Below, one piece after another: positions 55,900 to 64,000 of a stretch of 64,000 nucleotides of DNA (the first letter of the stretch is position 1; each line of letters begins with the position of its first letter). Source of the DNA: the human T2T-CHM13v2.0 reference genome, Homo sapiens; assembly GCF_009914755.1 (NCBI RefSeq), contig NC_060934.1. The stretch is one strand, 5' to 3'. The notes below the pieces were generated by a model. It was not told where the DNA came from. It ran no database searches and worked only from the letters and a program-made list of their open reading frames with translations. A program made the translations under genes and the position numbers.

Positions 55900-58600
55900 C
55901 ATGCCATTATAACCTAGGTTAACTAAAAATTATGTTTGTAAGGGCACTGTAGAAATGTGGTTATAAAGAAATCTAAATGAAACAATTTATAAAAAGGGGT
56001 GGAATTTTCAAGATCAGATCTATTTAAGTTCAAGATTTACTCCAAGGCTACACTAAGAAACACATTGTGATATTGCTAAAATTTCAGACAAATAGATCAA
56101 CAGAACAGAAATATTAATAGATAAGTCACAAATAGACCATGGACATGGTCTTAGATTATTGCCAAAGGTACTACAATTTAATAAGTCAATGGAAGGACTT
56201 TTCAATAAAAAGTGCTGGAAAGTCTATACATATGTATTTTTTAAAAAATCTTTGAATCTTATTTTACTATCCACAAATATTAATTAGAAATGAATCGTAG
56301 ACCTAAATATGAAGGTAAAACTGTGAAGGTTTTTGAAGAAAATGCAGGATAATTTCTTTATGACCGTGGAAAAAGCAAATATTTTATGGGAAAGACTGAA
56401 CACGTAATAAGCATAAAAGAAAAAATATTAAAACATATTTCATCAAAATTAAAATGTTCTGCTTATCTATTGCCAATATGATGGAAGTAAAAAGGCAAAC
56501 AACGGATTGGGAAAGGTATTTTCAATGCATCTATGGGCAGCAAAGGATTTCTGTCTAGACTATTTAAAGTTCTATTAAGAAATCAATTGGAAAGAACAGA
56601 TAAATCAGTATGGCTGGACTAAAGAATTAAACAATTATTTCACAAAATTAGATATTCAAATATTTAATATATAAAAATATTGTTGTCATTAAAAGAAGAA
56701 TAAAATATGACTACACACTCATCGGAATTTAAATTAAAAAGAAAGAAAATGACAAGCGTTGGCAAAGATGAGGTTTAATGGAAATTTCATACATGACTAG
56801 AATGTGAGTAAATGATAGAGCCAGCTTTGATAACTCTTTAGCTGATTCTAATATCATTAACCAAGCAAATCCTATTACCTACCAATATGAATCTCAGATA
56901 TATGTCTAAAAAATTGAGTGTATGCATTTTAAGATGTACACACATCTTTATTTAGAATAGCTACAAAATGAAGTGGCCCATATTTGTATGTAATAGACAA
57001 TGTAATAGTCAAAGACAAAATTTGAATATTCAAACAATTTTTAAAAAGCTATATGGTATTAAAATAATGAACTACTGATATATATCATGACAATGATGAA
57101 AACACAAAATGTTAAGAGGACACACATCATTTAATATCATTCATAAATGAACAAGAAAGTATTTGTAACACATATAACAGATAAAGAATCATTCACCAGA
57201 ATTCAATGATTGCTACAAATAAATGAGCAAAAAACAAAACAAATTAGTAGAAAAATAAAGGACAAATACTTCATGAAGAGATATTTTATGAAGAAGAAAT
57301 GCTATTAACCAGCATGCAACTGAGATTTAATTACTATGGCTATTAGAAAAAATATAAAATAAAACATACTATTTCACACCCATTCGGTTAGCAAAATTAA
57401 AATTTCTTTATGCAGTAAAGTTAAAGATATGCACATAATAAGAGCCAGCAATTTCACTTCTAGGTGTATATGGTAATGGCACTTTTGCAAATGTGCAGAC
57501 AAGGTACTTTTAAGGAGGCTCAGTTCACATATTTACAATGGCAAAATTTAGGTAACAGTCTATGTTTCAACTATGAAAGGATAAATAAAATATAAAATTT
57601 GATATGAAGATAGAATTTATTTGCATTACAAAAAGTAGAGTTCACTAACTATATATAGATATAGATCTATCTTAACAAAGACAGATTTGGAAAACAAAAT
57701 ACTCTATGAAAAAAATCAAGCTATAGAGTTATGACTAGACTATTATTAACAAAAAAAGTATGTAAATTTAAAAAGCACATAAGGTTTTTGAGGTAATGTG
57801 GAGGGCATCATGCTTAAAATACATGAAAGTTGAATTTCTACTTTACTTATATTTTCTCTAAGTAAAAAATGACGTAATTCCTGTACAACTAAACATTAAC
57901 TACCATCAATTCTGAAAAGCAAGTACAAGGTTGTTTATATGTTGTTTTTTGTACTTTTCTGCATTTACGTTTTGTTCAAAGTAAAAGAAAAACTTTTAAT
58001 TTTATTAGAAGTACAGTATATTAATTTCCTAATTGCATTCAAATAAAATTTAGTTTGCATAATATTGAACTTTCCAGACAACTGACAACATGCCACTCTA
58101 CAGGGGAATATATAAGCACCAATTCAGGTGCTTATAAAAACTGTTTATTCCCAAAGAAGTCAAGAGGAAACAGAAAAAGGAATGTAAAAATGTGGCTCAA
58201 ATAGAAAGACAGTGTTACAACCAAATACATCAGTAAACATATTAAGTATAAATGAGCTAAATGGTCCACATATTAAGTATAAATGAGCTAAATGGTCCAC
58301 TTAAAGGGCTAACAATTTTGGATTGAAAACAGCAGTAATGACATCATCAATAATCACTATACGTTTACAAGGCATAAAATCAGAGAAAGATTGGAGTAAA
58401 GAAAAGTAACAAAGATATAACTGGCAAATTCTAACTAAAATAGGTAAGCAGTAAATAAATACATAAAAAGCTGCTGTAGTGGTAAAATACTAGGCATAGC
58501 TGATTTCAAGGCAAGAAAAATTTCTTGAGAAAAAGAAATAATCGTTTTTTTGATAAGAGATCAATCTACCAAGGAAATACTGTCATAATACAGACCTTCA
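55900..58600 (+). mobile_element. Old L1ME-like fragments, sense
   Basis: acagacaaatagatcaacagaacagaa-like motif at ~56086, ttttcaataaaaagtgctggaa, agcaatttcacttctaggt. Confidence 0.6.
58237..58300 (+). repeat. Exact 31-bp tandem duplication
   Basis: acatattaagtataaatgagctaaatggtcc x2, followed by ac. Confidence 0.97.
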
Positions 58601-58904
58601 AAATATTTTTAGCACAGAATTTCTCTTCCAAATAAATGGGGGTAATCTGGGCCAGGCTTATTCCACTTGAAACAATGAACAAACGAAAAATACAAAATAC
58701 AACGTTTTTCAAGACACAAGACATCAAACAATGAAGAACAGAAATCTCTGAAAGACGTAAATGACATAAGATCTATAATTTCCCTAGCTTGATGCCTTGA
58801 GAGAGTTTCCAGGCCATAGTACAATGAAGAGCAATTTAGGCAGAACCCAGCAGACACCATGAGTAGAGGAAATAAATCTGGAAATCCAGGTGTACTCTCG
58901 TAAT

Positions 58905-59398
58905 TAAAATAATGTCCCGCCAAAGAAGTTCCTGTCCTAATCCTTGGAACCTGTGAATATTTTACCGTACATGACAAAAGGAACTTTATAAATCTGATTA
59001 AAGTAAAGAACCTTCAGATAGAGATTACCTGGATTAGGTGGGTGAGCCCCATTTAATCCCATCAGTCCTTAAAAATGAAGAACCTTTTTCTTCTGGGGAT
59101 CAAGAAAGAGAGTGGGAGAGATGGGAGCATGAGAAGGTCATGATCTGCCATTATTGTGAAGATGGAAGAAGGGGGCCATGAAGCATAGAATGTGGGCTGA
59201 AAAAGGCAAGGAAATTAGTTTTCCCCAGAGTCTCCAGAAAGGAATGCAGCCCTGTTGGCATCGTGATTTTAGAGCAGTGAAGCCCATGTTACACGTCTGA
59301 CCCATGGAAATGTAAGACAATACATTGTCTTGTTTAAAGGCATGTAAAATAATAAATTTTGTCATTTTTTTAATGTCAGCAGTAGAAAACTAATAGAG
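58905..59398 (+). mobile_element. MLT1C/D-like solo LTR
   Basis: aataatgtcccgccaaagaagttcctgtcctaatccttggaacctgtgaatat...ccccagagtctccagaaaggaatgcagccctg...gcagtagaaaactaataga. Confidence 0.85.
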
Positions 59399-60582
59399 AT
59401 ACCAGCACAGCTAGGGTTTGCAGGGCAGGCTACTAAAACAGAAGATGGTTCCCAGAGAGACAACTGTGAAGAGTATTCAGCTGTATATATTACATATATT
59501 CATCGTATATATGTAAAGCAACGGCCCAAATCAAGGGCAGAATTAAAGACAAAGATGTCCAGAGTTCGCAAAGAACCAGAAATAGTGTCTGTTCCCACCA
59601 GTCAGACAAAAATTTTATGATTCACTGGCCACTGGAGAGAATGTTTGAAGGTTTTTTGCTTCAGTAGGTGAGTGTAATTAGACCTTCAATTAACATTGCT
59701 CTGATACTATCTATAAAACAGTTTAAGCAAAGACTAAAAAAATCAAACATTTCCTAGTGTCCTAACTACATATCAGAACAAAGACAAAGGGTAATTCCAG
59801 AAATACAATAATACCCAGCACCACATTTTAAAGTAACAAGGTAAAACTCATAATGACTGTTAGGCTTCTATTCAATCAAAATTCGCTGGCATTTGCAGAA
59901 GCTGGAAAACGTGACCAATAATGAAGAGATCAATCAATCAGAACTAACTAGGAACTAATATAGATGTTACACTTAGCAGACATCCAGGCATTAAGTAGTT
60001 AACAACTATATCATTGTGTTCAAAATTTCAGTAGGAACATGGCCGATATGAGAAAGACTACAGTCCAAAACGTCTATAGTTGAATGCTACAATTTCAGAG
60101 ATGAAAAAATACATTGTATGGTATTAATTGTAGATTATATGTTGAAGAAGAAAACATTAGTGAGCTTGTATACCTAGCAATATAAACTACCTGAAATAAA
60201 ACAAAAAGAAAAGAGGGTAAGAAAAATGAACAGAGCATCGGTGAGCACTGCGTAGTTACAAGGGGCTTTAACATCAGTGTAGTTTAAGTTCCTCAAAAAA
60301 GAGGAGAGGACAACAGAAAAAAAAAAGAACCTTATTGAAGAAATAATGGCTTGGGCATTTTCAAATTTGGTGAGAACAGTAAACCCAAAGATACAAAACA
60401 TTTAATAAGTTTCATGCACTAGAAGCATGGAGAAAACTACACCAAGGTACATCATAATCAAATTACTCAAAAACAATAATAAAATCGCAAGAGCAGTCAG
60501 AAAGATAACACTTACTATTTTTTGTCATAAGGATGACAGTATGTTTCCTACCAGAAACAATGTAAGTGAAAAGGTAATGGAA

Positions 60583-63424
<2,842 letters not shown>

Positions 63425-64000
63425 TACTGGAACAACATATTTAAAATACTAAGAGAAAAAAACAGCATCTTAGAATGTTAAACTCAGTGAATATATCTTT
63501 CAAAAGTAAAGGCAAAAATAAACACTTACTTTAGATGCCAACCATGAAAGAATTCACCAGCAGACCCACACGAGAAAAAATGTTGGAAGTATGCCTTTAG
63601 GCAGATAGGAAATGATGTAAGATGAAGAGATGGGTCTACACAAGAGTCAGTAGCAGAAATGGTAACTACATGGGTAATTATACGAGATAATATTCTTATT
63701 TTAAGGCTCTTGGAAAGATAATAAGCCAATAATGATTTAAAGTGAGGTTTATGACATATGTATAGGTAAATATATAATAATATCATAAGATCAGGAGAGA
63801 AGAAAAAGAAGTATACAATTGTAATTTCTTATACTATACTAGAAGTAGTATAATATCTCTTGAAAGAATACTATAAGTTAAACATGAATACCAACAATCC
63901 TAAAGCATCACTAAAACCACAAGAAAGAGCAAGCGCTAATAAGTCGCAAAGAAGATAAAATGGAATAATAAAGAGTATTGAATTACTTCAAAAGCAATTA

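Overview
This is AT-rich primate genomic DNA. It is most likely human, because it contains a consensus-identical AluYa5. I find no intact protein-coding gene, RNA gene or CRISPR-like system. Most of the window is interspersed repeats: old L1M fragments (one near-full-length antisense copy at ~0.13-6.1 kb), L2/MIR remnants, ten Alus, a complete THE1 MaLR provirus (19.3-21.6 kb), several solo LTRs, a degraded ERVL internal region, a MER44 DNA transposon and a 5'-inverted (twin-primed) L1PA. The only recognisable gene-derived sequence is a full-length, intronless, disabled HSP90AB1 retrocopy on the minus strand (~60.6-63.4 kb). It sits inside an L1 and is interrupted by an Alu. The short ORFs in the track are repeat-derived, pseudogene fragments or chance ORFs. 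I cannot support a new biological system. The most interesting signals are: (i) five short dispersed direct duplications of 22-139 bp, 0.75-2 kb apart, that look like locally templated insertions; (ii) a cluster of young tandem duplications at 40.4-43.3 kb; (iii) a promoter-like motif cluster (RFX X-box, GC box/G4, CRE half-sites) at 9.9-10.1 kb; (iv) a fold-back insertion at the THE1 LTR/internal junction; and (v) a possibly polymorphic AluYa5. Repeat subfamily names come from recalled consensus sequences, not from a search, and boundaries of old elements are approximate.
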